Of a stretch of 64,000 bases of DNA, positions 19,580 through 29,145 are shown one piece after another. Made by a program: the position numbers and the translations under genes. The stretch comes from Infirmifilum sp. (lineage in GTDB: Archaea > Thermoproteota > Thermoprotei > Thermofilales > Thermofilaceae), in NCBI GenBank assembly GCA_041287245.1, contig JBEULP010000117.1, positions 1 through 64,000 on the forward strand, in the 5' to 3' direction. Positions within the stretch are counted from its first letter, which is position 1; each line of letters opens with the position of its first letter. The notes under the pieces are model-generated. The model made no database searches. It had not been told where the DNA came from and saw only the letters and a program-made list of their open reading frames with translations.

Positions 19580-20683
19580 ATGGAGTTTAAGATTAGCTCT
19601 AGAAAGGACAGCCACATCATCCTTTCCATTAAAGAGGATGTTTCAGCCAGAGAGTCCACATGGTTCGAGTATGTGAGACTTGTTCACCAAACGGTTTTAG
19701 ATTCCGCTTTAAGTGATGTCTCATTATCTACTAAGTTTTTCGAGAAGGAGGTAAATGCCCCTATAGTGATTAGTGGAATGACGGGTGGAACCGAGCTTGC
19801 CAAGAAGATCAATGCCTCTCTAGCTAGGATTGCAGGTAAATTTAACATACCCATGGGTGTAGGTAGTCAGCGAGCCGCTCTCGAAGACCGCTCATTAGCC
19901 CATACCTTTTCGGTTGTGCGGGAAGAGGCTCCTGAGATACCTGTGATTGCAAACATTGGCATGAGCCAGGTTAGCTCCGGGTTAAAACGAGAAGACATAT
20001 TCTATCTAGTTGAGATGATTCAGGCGGACGCTATCGCGGTTCATTTAAACCCGTTGCAGGAGGTTCTCCAGCCTGAAGGCGAGCCTGACTTCAGAAATTT
20101 TACAGAGAAGCTGAGGGAATTTATAAACGCGTCTCCGGTGCCTGTAATATTAAAGCAAACAGGAGAGGGGTTTTCCCGAGAATCTGCAGTTAAACTGCTA
20201 GGATTGAACATTCGCGGCATCGACGTTGGAGGACTTGGCGGGACCTCGTTTGCGGTTATAGAGGGACTTCGTGCCCGCCTTGCAGGCTTGTTCGACGTCG
20301 AAAAAATTGCGGATGATTTTTCAAGCTGGGGTATACCCACAGCTGCCAGCATTCTAGAGGTTAGGGAGGTTTTTCCCGAGATACTTTTAATCTCCACTGG
20401 AGGAATTACAACTGGGTTAGACGTCGCTAAGGCGATACGTCTCGGAGCAGACTTTTCCGGCATCGCTAGGCCTGTGTTAAAAGAGCTGCATGAAGGAGGA
20501 ATTGAAAGGGCTGAAAAATTCCTTTCAACTTTGCTTCGAGAGCTTAGAATAGCTATACTGTTGACGGGAGGCGTCACCTTAAAGGATCTTAGGAAAGCGC
20601 CAATTGTTATTGAAGGCAGGCTCCTTGAATGGATAAGGCAAAGGAATCTTAAGGTTCCGGGGTGGGGCTATGGGGCAGTTTGA
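19580..20683 (+). CDS. fni: Type 2 isopentenyl-diphosphate delta-isomerase
   Basis: RKDSHI, GMTGG, GVGSQR, HLNPLQE, GGTSF. Confidence 0.96.
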   Translation: MEFKISSRKDSHIILSIKEDVSARESTWFEYVRLVHQTVLDSALSDVSLSTKFFEKEVNAPIVISGMTGGTELAKKINASLARIAGKFNIPMGVGSQRAALEDRSLAHTFSVVREEAPEIPVIANIGMSQVSSGLKREDIFYLVEMIQADAIAVHLNPLQEVLQPEGEPDFRNFTEKLREFINASPVPVILKQTGEGFSRESAVKLLGLNIRGIDVGGLGGTSFAVIEGLRARLAGLFDVEKIADDFSSWGIPTAASILEVREVFPEILLISTGGITTGLDVAKAIRLGADFSGIARPVLKELHEGGIERAEKFLSTLLRELRIAILLTGGVTLKDLRKAPIVIEGRLLEWIRQRNLKVPGWGYGAV

Positions 20684-21098
20684 GATTCTTCCTCATACTG
20701 CTGATGTCTTAGTAAAAGCATGGGGGACATCTCTCGAGGATGCGTTGGAAGGCGCCATACGGGCTTTTTACGAGATAATGACGGATACAAGCACAGTTGA
20801 GCCAGTCTATAGAGAAATCGTTGAGGCCGAAGGTTTTGATCTTGAAAGTCTTCTATACAATCTGATTGAAGCCTTGATTGTGAAGTTCGATGAAAAAGCT
20901 TTCCTAGCGGCAAAGGTTGAAAAAATAACAGTCGCTGATAAGGTGGAAGCAAAACATGTCGAAGCGATCCTTTTGGGAGAATCATTTAATCCAGATAAAC
21001 ATGAATCTAGAGTCTTAATCAAGGCTGCAACTTACCATTTAATGAAGATATGGACCGAAAATGGAAAATGGTATCTACAATACGTTGTGGACATCTAA
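20670..21098 (+). CDS. Archease (RtcB cofactor)
   Basis: HTADV, IKAATYH, C-terminal VDI. Confidence 0.95.
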   Translation: MGQFEILPHTADVLVKAWGTSLEDALEGAIRAFYEIMTDTSTVEPVYREIVEAEGFDLESLLYNLIEALIVKFDEKAFLAAKVEKITVADKVEAKHVEAILLGESFNPDKHESRVLIKAATYHLMKIWTENGKWYLQYVVDI

Positions 21099-21103
21099 GT
21101 TTT

Positions 21104-21481
21104 TCAACGTATTTCAATCAATATTTTCCTGACAAGTAGTATGGGAATTTTCTGCCTTCCTCTTTCGATAAAGGAGACTAAGCCATATCTTCTCAGAAAT
21201 TCTAGGTCGCGATATACGTTGGAGGTTGAGCGGTGAAGAATGTTTGCCAGATTTGAAATGCTAGACACCTTTTTCTCGGAAAGCACCTCTAAAAGCTCTA
21301 TATTCCGCTTGCTAAGTATTTTCCTAGCGACTTTTACAGGTAGTTCTACACGTGTATATGTTTCTACCTCTTCACCTTCTTCCTCATAAGCAAGGTAGGC
21401 TTTCAACAGACTCTCCCTGTTTTTACTCATTCGGATCAGCTCTTCCGCTGTTAAGTTCTTCTCTACATAAACCTTTATCAT
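21104..21481 (-). CDS. Winged-helix transcriptional regulator (HVO_A0114-like)
   Basis: ELLEVL...SISNLANILHRSTSNVYRDLEFLRRYGLV...GRQKIP. Confidence 0.8.
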   Translation of the reverse strand: MIKVYVEKNLTAEELIRMSKNRESLLKAYLAYEEEGEEVETYTRVELPVKVARKILSKRNIELLEVLSEKKVSSISNLANILHRSTSNVYRDLEFLRRYGLVSFIERGRQKIPILLVRKILIEIR

Positions 21482-21550
21482 ATCATGATAATTTTTTCAT
21501 TAAATGATAAAAAACTTTATTTTTTCTCGAGTATTTAAAAAATGATTCAT

Positions 21551-22999
21551 ATGGTGCCTCCTTTGAGGAAGATAACTGATTATCTATGGGAAATCCCTGA
21601 GAAGTACAAGCCTGGAATGCGCGTCCCAGGGCTTGTTATCGCCGACGAGGTTTTACTAGGAAAAATGAAAGAGGATCTAACCCTCGAGCAGGTAGCTAAT
21701 GTGGCCTTTCTTCCCGGCATCTATAAATACTCTATCGTACTCCCAGATGGTCATCAGGGCTATGGTTTTCCAATAGGTGGAGTCGCCGCCTTCGATTCTG
21801 AGACAGGGGTACTTAGCCCTGGTGGAGTAGGCTACGATATAAACTGTGGTGTCCGTGTTTTAAGGTCGAATTTAACGGAGGAAGAGATTCGACCCCATCT
21901 GAAGGAGTTGGCAGAGACTCTCTTCCGAAAAGTGCCCTCTGGGCTAGGTAGTACAAGCGGACTAGACTTGAGCTTTAATGAGCTGGATCGTGTTCTTGAG
22001 GAGGGCGTTGAGTGGGCAATCTCCCACGGATATGGGTGGAGAGACGATCCTCTTCACATTGAAGAGCATGGAAGCATGGATGGAGCTGATGCAAACGCTG
22101 TGTCGAGAGAGGCAAAGCAAAGGGGTAGGAATCAGCTTGGGACTCTGGGTAGTGGAAACCACTTCTTAGAGATCCAGAAGGTTGACAGGATTTACGACCG
22201 AGAAGTGGCTAAGGTTCTTGGAATTGAACGGGAAGGCCAGGTAACTGTGATGATCCATACAGGCAGTAGGGGGCTTGGGCATCAGGTCGCCAGTGATTAT
22301 CTGAAGATAATGGAAAGGCTTGTAAATAAGTATAAGTTGCCACTGCCCGACCGCGAGCTTGTCTCCGTGCCGGCGGTTAGTGACGAAGCGCAAAAATATT
22401 TCTCTGCTATGAAGGCAGCCGCTAACTTCGCATGGACGAATAGACAAGTTATCACACACCAGGTTCGGGAGAGCTTCCGGGCGGTTTTCAAGAAAGACCC
22501 TGACGCCCTAGGACTTCAGATTATCTATGATGTTGCTCACAACATCGCGAAGCTTGAGGAGCATATGGTTGATGGAAAACGGGTGAGAGTTTATGTTCAT
22601 AGGAAGGGAGCTACAAGAGCTTTTCCGCCAGGCCACCCTGACATCCCCGCTGATTATAAGACAATTGGTCAGCCTGTGCTTATACCGGGATCGATGGGCA
22701 CTGCAAGTTATATCCTGGTAGGTACACAGAAAGCCATGGAGTTAACATTTGGGTCTTCTCCACATGGGGCTGGAAGGATGCAGAGCAGGGCTGAGGCTAG
22801 ACGTAACGTAAGGGGACAAGAGATCAAAAACGAGCTAGAGAGTAGAGGAATCGTGGTCAGAGCGGCAAGTTTGGCTGTTGTCGCTGAAGAGGCTCCCGAA
22901 GCATATAAAGATGTGGATCGGGTTGTGCTGGTTGCAGACACGGTAGGCATAGCTAGAAAGGTTGTCCGAATGGTTCCAATAGCCGTCGTGAAAGGCTGA
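21551..22999 (+). CDS. rtcB: RNA-splicing ligase RtcB
   Basis: PDGHQGYGFPIG, GYDINCG, GSGNHFLE, HTGSRG, HRKGA, HGAGR; no intein. Confidence 0.98.
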   Translation: MVPPLRKITDYLWEIPEKYKPGMRVPGLVIADEVLLGKMKEDLTLEQVANVAFLPGIYKYSIVLPDGHQGYGFPIGGVAAFDSETGVLSPGGVGYDINCGVRVLRSNLTEEEIRPHLKELAETLFRKVPSGLGSTSGLDLSFNELDRVLEEGVEWAISHGYGWRDDPLHIEEHGSMDGADANAVSREAKQRGRNQLGTLGSGNHFLEIQKVDRIYDREVAKVLGIEREGQVTVMIHTGSRGLGHQVASDYLKIMERLVNKYKLPLPDRELVSVPAVSDEAQKYFSAMKAAANFAWTNRQVITHQVRESFRAVFKKDPDALGLQIIYDVAHNIAKLEEHMVDGKRVRVYVHRKGATRAFPPGHPDIPADYKTIGQPVLIPGSMGTASYILVGTQKAMELTFGSSPHGAGRMQSRAEARRNVRGQEIKNELESRGIVVRAASLAVVAEEAPEAYKDVDRVVLVADTVGIARKVVRMVPIAVVKG

Positions 23000-23053
23000 A
23001 ACCTGGCGCGAAAAGAAATCTTTATTAAATTATGTTGTCTAGGTAAACGAAGT

Positions 23054-23662
23054 ATGTCGGAAGGAACCCAAGAAGTCATGCCTTCCACGCTAGGTGGGGG
23101 AGAGATCAGGCTATTTGGAAAATGGAGTTTACAAGAAGTTAGCCTACGCGACCAAAGCTTGCGTGGATATATCTGTCTTAGACCAGTTCTGATTCCCCAC
23201 TCTGAGGGTCGACACGCGAAGAAAAGATTCGGTAAGGCTAAAGTGTCGATAGTGGAGCGACTGGCAAACGAGATGATGCGGCCAGGTCGCAACGCTGGCA
23301 AGAAGATGTTAGCTCTCAACATTGTAAAAAGAGCCTTCGAGATCATCGAGCTAAAAACAGGTAAAAACCCTGTTCAGGTACTCGTATGGGCTATTGAGAA
23401 TGCCTCGCCACGTGAGGAGACAACACGTGTTATATACGGTGGTATTCTCTACCACGTCTCCGTCGACGTCTCCCCGCAAAGGCGCGTCGACCTAGCCCTT
23501 AGATTTATAACTGAAGGTGCGCGTCAATGCGCCATGAACAATCCGAAAACAATCGAGGAGTGTCTGGCTGACGAGATAGTTGCTGCTGCTTATGGAGACG
23601 CCAACAGCTATGCCTTGAAGAAGAAAGAAGAGATAGAACGGATCGCCCTAGCCTCGAGATAA
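23054..23662 (+). CDS. rps7: Ribosomal protein S7 (uS7)
   Basis: [24 protein letters not shown]. Confidence 0.97.
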   Translation: MSEGTQEVMPSTLGGGEIRLFGKWSLQEVSLRDQSLRGYICLRPVLIPHSEGRHAKKRFGKAKVSIVERLANEMMRPGRNAGKKMLALNIVKRAFEIIELKTGKNPVQVLVWAIENASPREETTRVIYGGILYHVSVDVSPQRRVDLALRFITEGARQCAMNNPKTIEECLADEIVAAAYGDANSYALKKKEEIERIALASR

Positions 23663-23727
23663 ACCTCCTTTTTCCATTTTTGACGCTATGCTTAATTGTA
23701 AGTTTACTTTTTATGGGATGTATTAGA

Positions 23728-24717
23728 ATGTCATCGACAGAGCTTTGGGTTGAAAAGTATAGACCGCGTTCTCTTGACGAGATAGTAGACCAAGATGAGA
23801 TCGTTAGACGATTAAAGGAGTTTGTGAAGACCAAGAGCCTACCGCATCTATTGTTTGGTGGCCCCCCAGGAACAGGTAAGACCACGGCTGCATTGGCTCT
23901 TGCACACGACCTTTACGGAGACACTTGGCGTGAAAATACACTCGAACTAAATGCATCAGATGAGCGTGGCATTGACGTCATCAGGAGCCGAATCAAGGAT
24001 TATGCAAGAACACTGCCCATAGGCGACATACCGTTTAAGCTTGTGATTCTAGACGAGGCTGACAACATGACAGGCGATGCTCAGCAGGCTTTGAGGAGGA
24101 CGATGGAGCTCTTCAGCAGGAACACCAGGTTCATTCTTATCGCGAACTACGTTTCAAAGATTATTGAGCCTATACAGTCGCGTTGCGCGGTTTTTAGGTT
24201 TCAGCCTCTACCTAAAGGCTCTGCAATCGAGAGACTACGATATATTGCCTCGAGGGAGGGCGTGAACGTAGACGAGGAGGCTCTTGAGGTTATTTGGGAG
24301 GAGAGCCAAGGTGATTTGCGAAAAGCCATAAACACGCTTCAAGCCGCTAGCGCGATCGTCAAGAATGTAACTGCCGAGGTGGTCTACGAGGCGCTTGGCA
24401 AAGTTCGGCCCAAGGAAGTTGAAGAAATGATTCAGAGTGCACTCAAGGGAGATCTTATGGGAGCACGTGAGAAACTTAGGGTTTTATTATACAATTATGG
24501 TCTGTCGGGCATAGACATCGTGCGGTATATTCACCGTGACATATTCTCTGTTCAAAAAACCCTTAAACCCGATACTGCAACAGTTGCTGAACTCTTAGCT
24601 CTAGTCGCAGAGGCAAACTACAGGATTGTCGAAGGCGCCGACGATGAGATACAGCTTATGGCGCTTCTATCCAAGCTGGCGCTATATGCTCAAGGTAAAA
24701 CTACAGGAGGAAAGTGA
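23728..24717 (+). CDS. rfcS: Replication factor C small subunit
   Basis: WVEKYRP, GPPGTGKT, LNASDERG, DEAD, QSRC. Confidence 0.97.
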   Translation: MSSTELWVEKYRPRSLDEIVDQDEIVRRLKEFVKTKSLPHLLFGGPPGTGKTTAALALAHDLYGDTWRENTLELNASDERGIDVIRSRIKDYARTLPIGDIPFKLVILDEADNMTGDAQQALRRTMELFSRNTRFILIANYVSKIIEPIQSRCAVFRFQPLPKGSAIERLRYIASREGVNVDEEALEVIWEESQGDLRKAINTLQAASAIVKNVTAEVVYEALGKVRPKEVEEMIQSALKGDLMGAREKLRVLLYNYGLSGIDIVRYIHRDIFSVQKTLKPDTATVAELLALVAEANYRIVEGADDEIQLMALLSKLALYAQGKTTGGK

Positions 24718-25955
24718 TGTCCCTCCAAACAAACATACCATGGGTTGAGAAGTACAGGCCGAGGAGAATAAGCGAAGTAGCAGGTAATGAGGAAGCCAAG
24801 AAAGAGTATATCGCCTGGATAAATTCATGGGTTCGAGGAAAGCCCACCCATAAGGCAGCTCTCCTGTATGGGCCTCCCGGCTCTGGAAAAACAAGTATCG
24901 TGCATGCAACCGCGGCGGAGTATAACTGGGAGCTTATTGAGATAAACGCTAGTGATGTTAGGTCTCGGGAAGCTATTCAGAATCGTGTCTTCCCGGCGAT
25001 TCAGACGCGCTCTGTATACGGATATGCAGGTAAAATTATCTTGATAGATGAGGTCGACGGAGTATGGACTAAAGAAGACGTTGGGGGGCTGGACGCCCTT
25101 ATAGAGCTCATAAACCTGTCGAAATACCCGGTCGTTTTAACGGCAAATGATCCTTGGGACCCTAAACTGAGGGATCTGAGAGAAATTTGTAGGCTGATAG
25201 AGTTCAAAAGACTTGGGAAGAGAGATATCATAAAGGTTCTCTCAGATATCTGCTCAAAAGAGGGCATAACATGCGACAGAGAGGTTCTCTCCGCATTGGC
25301 AGAAAACGCGAGGGGGGATCTCCGTGCAGCTATAAATGATTTGCAAACAATATCTCAAGGAAACAAGACTATTAGCCTCGCCGACCTGCAAATTCTGAGT
25401 GAACGAGCAGCCCAGGAAAGCATGTTTGAAGTGGTCAGGATTGTCCTAACAGCTAAAACCCCGGAAGGAGCATTGTCAGTTACACGCCTGCCATCCCTTG
25501 ACTATGAAATGTTAATACAATGGCTAAGTGAAAATATCATTGCACAATACACTCCTAGTTTGAGGGCAATTGCAGACGCCTACGATGCCCTATCCCTAGC
25601 CGATATAAACCTAGCTAGGATGAAGCGGGAACAAATATGGGCATTACTCCCCTATGTGATGGAGCTTATAACAGCGGGTGTAGCAGGTTCTCGTGAGAAG
25701 CCTCCTTTCAGGTTTGTAAAGTATAGCTTTCCCGAGAAACTTAGAATGCTTGCCCGTCTGAAGAGCAAACGCGAAAAATTTACGCAGGTAAGTAGAGGAG
25801 CAGCCGAGGCGCTCCACATATCAACCTCTACTTTTAAGACAGAGGTATTGCCATATATCAGGATAATATATGCTCACTCCCCCTCTCAGGCTTTAAGTAT
25901 TCTCGCCTCTCTAGGAATAAACGAGGAGAGCGCTAAAAATATATTAGAAGCTTAG
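24717..25955 (+). CDS. rfcL: Replication factor C large subunit
   Basis: PWVEKYRP, GPPGSGKT, INASD, IDEVD, GDLRAAIND. Confidence 0.96.
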   Translation: MSLQTNIPWVEKYRPRRISEVAGNEEAKKEYIAWINSWVRGKPTHKAALLYGPPGSGKTSIVHATAAEYNWELIEINASDVRSREAIQNRVFPAIQTRSVYGYAGKIILIDEVDGVWTKEDVGGLDALIELINLSKYPVVLTANDPWDPKLRDLREICRLIEFKRLGKRDIIKVLSDICSKEGITCDREVLSALAENARGDLRAAINDLQTISQGNKTISLADLQILSERAAQESMFEVVRIVLTAKTPEGALSVTRLPSLDYEMLIQWLSENIIAQYTPSLRAIADAYDALSLADINLARMKREQIWALLPYVMELITAGVAGSREKPPFRFVKYSFPEKLRMLARLKSKREKFTQVSRGAAEALHISTSTFKTEVLPYIRIIYAHSPSQALSILASLGINEESAKNILEA

Positions 25956-27238
25956 TCAACCTTCATGTTATCAAGATCCTTTTTAATAGCTTCTTGGAGG
26001 ATCTTCTGCAAGACTTCTAAGGGGACTCTGTTAATGCCTATATCCTTGTTTTCAGGTAGCTGAGGCATAGCTATCTGTGTGGTTCTCCCCTTGCCGCTTT
26101 TACTGCTTACACGTGTGTCTATAAGACCCTTGCTTTCGAGAAGCTGAATCTTCTCCCATATACTCGTGTGTCTTAGAGGTTTGACGCCGTACTCGTTACA
26201 TAAATCTTCATATTCGAATTCGACATCACCCATACTAACATAAGCCTTGTCGCGCTCCAACATTAAGACGTTTGTGATGGCTAGAAGAATCAGTTTTTCG
26301 TGTAACTGAAGCCTCATTATCTCCTCCTCGTCATAAGGTGTCGGAAGTATACCCTGGTTTAGCACTTCTCTTACATCTTCGGGAAGTATCATGCTCCTCT
26401 CTTGGCTTTCAGCGCGAAGCGCTGCATAGTAAAGAGTTTTTATGGCCATTCTAGCGTCCCCCCATCCCTTACCATCTTCATAGCCGAATATGTTCGCAAT
26501 CATTTCAATAACGTCCTCACTCACAGCCTCCGATCTGATGGCTCCTTCTTTTTCAATCCGGTGCTCCAATATTTCCTTCAGCTGACGCGAATTATACGGG
26601 TTAAACCTGATCACCGTTGAGGATAACGAGCTCCTTATGCCGGCATTGGAGATATGCTCAATACTTACTTTAAAATCCCTGAAGATTGCTATGATACCTA
26701 TGCTGATATCGATATCTGTATAGATTTCTCTGAGCCTGGTAAGGGTATAAATCGTATCTTCACCTTCCTCCTGCTTCACAAGAACATCAGCCTCGTCTAA
26801 CACAACTACGAGGTTTGAATCAGTCCTCTGAAGCGAGTGAAGAGTATAATCCATCACCTCATGCGTAGAGAACCCCTTTCGTGGGAATCGTAAACCAACA
26901 TCTTCTCCGATTTTTCTAAATATCACGAATTTTGTCCTCAACTCATACGCGTTTACATAACTGGTCGTTAAGGGTGGAATCTTGCCGGCGGACAAATATT
27001 CCTTTAGAGCCAGGAGAATCCTCTTCGCAACAGCAGTTTTTCCCGTTCCCGTAGGGCCATCAAAAATGATGACTTTAGATAACCCTTTCTCCCCTTTTAT
27101 TATCGCTTGAAAGTACCTAAGAGTTTCTCGAAGCTCGGCCTCACGATGCGGCAGATACACTGGTACGTACTCGCTACTCATTTTCCGATGGTCGAGCACA
27201 ATTCTACGCACGGGAAGCATTGAATCCTTAATATCCAT
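25952..27238 (-). CDS. cdc6: Orc1/Cdc6 replication initiator
   Basis: YVP..LPHRE, GPTGTGKT, VLDEAD, FNPY, GDAR, C-terminal winged helix GKGRT. Confidence 0.95.
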   Translation of the reverse strand: MDIKDSMLPVRRIVLDHRKMSSEYVPVYLPHREAELRETLRYFQAIIKGEKGLSKVIIFDGPTGTGKTAVAKRILLALKEYLSAGKIPPLTTSYVNAYELRTKFVIFRKIGEDVGLRFPRKGFSTHEVMDYTLHSLQRTDSNLVVVLDEADVLVKQEEGEDTIYTLTRLREIYTDIDISIGIIAIFRDFKVSIEHISNAGIRSSLSSTVIRFNPYNSRQLKEILEHRIEKEGAIRSEAVSEDVIEMIANIFGYEDGKGWGDARMAIKTLYYAALRAESQERSMILPEDVREVLNQGILPTPYDEEEIMRLQLHEKLILLAITNVLMLERDKAYVSMGDVEFEYEDLCNEYGVKPLRHTSIWEKIQLLESKGLIDTRVSSKSGKGRTTQIAMPQLPENKDIGINRVPLEVLQKILQEAIKKDLDNMKVD

Positions 27239-27565
27239 GAAGATACCTCTAGTTGCCTATTGATTTTCTTTACTGGCGAGGAAAATAAGTATTTCTCCAG
27301 AGGAACGGGGGTATGTTACCATACCTATGACATCCCGCTATTTACGGTGGAGTGGGGCTTGTTCACTTCTGCTAAAACTCCCAGTTTACGCTTTTAGCTC
27401 AGTCCTCAGTATCCCGGCCTCCACTATAAATACCATGCAACCTATTCTTCAAAACTTTCTACCTTACTGCTTCTAGAGACCGGCGCGGGTTAAATCTTCT
27501 CGGGTAAGAATACAGTGTAAAAGTAATGATCATTATAGGAGAAACAACTCCAGGATGAGGTCAGC
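27239..27565. other. Candidate replication origin (oriC) with ORB-like elements
   Basis: Non-coding gap upstream of cdc6; CTCCAGAGGAACGGGGG 27295-27311; inverted pair TATTTACGGTGGAG 27339-27352 / CTCCACTATAAATA 27419-27432. Confidence 0.65.
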
Positions 27566-28051
27566 CTAACCATTAGCTGGTTTTGGAGTTATTTTTATCT
27601 CGAGTAGTAAGTGGCTGCTCGTTTTCTCTATCACCCCATCCCATTGTCCACCTAGACACAATTGGAGGTATGGTTTAAGCTTTGCAAAGTAATCTTGTCT
27701 CCAACCGTCTTTGGCTTTAAGCTTTATAGATAACCTTCGGAATAGCTTCGTGGTTTGACAGCACTTCGCTAAGAGCTCTTCTAAGCTGTCAATAAGATTC
27801 GATGAAATACGGACTGAGCATAGGACGAGACGTGTAGCCAATAAATTTCTCACAGGGTATCTTTGGAAGAGTGTTGCAAGGTTCTCATAGGTAAGGGCTG
27901 TCTGAAGGCATATTCGCCCTCCTGAGGTAATCCATCCTTTAATTCTTGTGTCGTAGGGAAACAATAGGTCTAGCACGTCACGGAGTACAGCTCTCTCATG
28001 TCCCTTGCGGCAAGTGATAATTAGGTTACAGTTTACTTCACCAGACTCCAT
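27566..28051 (-). CDS. Hypothetical protein (N-terminus resembles that of THUMP-type RNA-binding proteins)
   Basis: LIITCRKGHERAV...LLFPYD; overlaps upstream gene in operon fashion. Confidence 0.45.
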   Translation of the reverse strand: MESGEVNCNLIITCRKGHERAVLRDVLDLLFPYDTRIKGWITSGGRICLQTALTYENLATLFQRYPVRNLLATRLVLCSVRISSNLIDSLEELLAKCCQTTKLFRRLSIKLKAKDGWRQDYFAKLKPYLQLCLGGQWDGVIEKTSSHLLLEIKITPKPANG

Positions 28052-29145
28052 TTCTCTCTAGAGTTTCTCTCTATCCTGTCAAATAAAACTTCTACACCGA
28101 TGCCGGGCCCTGAAGGAACCTGAATCGTGCCTCTCGATGTAACTGTCCAGGGAGGCTCTACTATATCCTCGCTCCAGTAACGGCTACTAGCGGAAATATC
28201 ATTGGGATAATTTACTGCGCTATGCGTCGCCAAAGCGACCAGGAAAGCTCTCCCGATACCCGTTTCTAGCATACCTCCTATCCAGGCACCAATTCCAATT
28301 TTTCCCGCAATGTCAAGGATTTCTCTTGCATTAAAAACCCCTCCAACTCGCGCAGGTTTTACATTAACTATCTCCAGGGATCCCATATTCCAGCCTAGAA
28401 CTAGATCTTCCACATTCCCTATGCTTTCATCGAGACATATAGGCGTCGATATTTTTCTGGAAAGAATACTGTGTTCAATAAGGTCGTCCCACCTAAGAGG
28501 CTGTTCAATCATCAAGAGATTAAACTCATCCAGCTTCCTGAAAACAGGGAGATGTGTAAGGTCATAAGCGCCATTGGCGTCGACTTGCAAGGGGATCTCC
28601 TCAAACTCTTTTCTGATGCTTTCCACGGGCTTAACGTCGTATCCAGGCTCCACTTTTATCTTTATGCGCGCATATCCTTCTTCTAACCTCATACGAACTT
28701 CTCGGAGCAGCTCGTCCAAGGTGGGCTTAATCCCTATACTTACACCTGAGGTAATCTCTTTCCTGGCTCCACCCAAAAGCCTTGAGAGAGGAATTCGTTC
28801 GAGACGGGAATAAACATCTACCAGCGCTTCCTCAAGTGCTGTTTTAGCCATAGGATAGCCTCTAACAGTAGACACAATTTTTCTAAACTCCTCTGGATGT
28901 TCAATGTTAGAGTTTATAAGAAGAGGTGCCAGGAACTTTTTAATAATCAACATAGAGACTTCGTATGTTTCATAACTATACCACGGCCCCCACTCCGCAA
29001 CGAGCTCGCCCCATCCCTCCTCTCCTCCTTTCTCCTCTACTCTAATTAAAACAACAGGTCTTGAGCTTAGAGATCCGAAACTTGTTCTAAAATCATCTGA
29101 AAGCTTCATCTCTAGAAAGAAAACATCTATCTTTCTTATCTCCAA
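28033..29145 (-). CDS. Enolase-superfamily OSBS / N-succinylamino-acid racemase
   Basis: FRTSFG, KIK, VDAN, IEQP, CLDES, NVKPARVGG, GGMLETGIG. Confidence 0.92.
   Translation of the reverse strand: MEIRKIDVFFLEMKLSDDFRTSFGSLSSRPVVLIRVEEKGGEEGWGELVAEWGPWYSYETYEVSMLIIKKFLAPLLINSNIEHPEEFRKIVSTVRGYPMAKTALEEALVDVYSRLERIPLSRLLGGARKEITSGVSIGIKPTLDELLREVRMRLEEGYARIKIKVEPGYDVKPVESIRKEFEEIPLQVDANGAYDLTHLPVFRKLDEFNLLMIEQPLRWDDLIEHSILSRKISTPICLDESIGNVEDLVLGWNMGSLEIVNVKPARVGGVFNAREILDIAGKIGIGAWIGGMLETGIGRAFLVALATHSAVNYPNDISASSRYWSEDIVEPPWTVTSRGTIQVPSGPGIGVEVLFDRIERNSREKWSLVK

Noticed and set aside
20041..23885. Long antisense ORFs (20041-20577, 22708-23346, 23505-23885) and similar ones elsewhere
   Set aside because: Shadows of well-supported genes, with Ser/Pro-rich composition and no motifs
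5720..27238. Inteins in RNAP subunits, RtcB, RFC or Cdc6
   Set aside because: Lengths are normal and the motifs are contiguous
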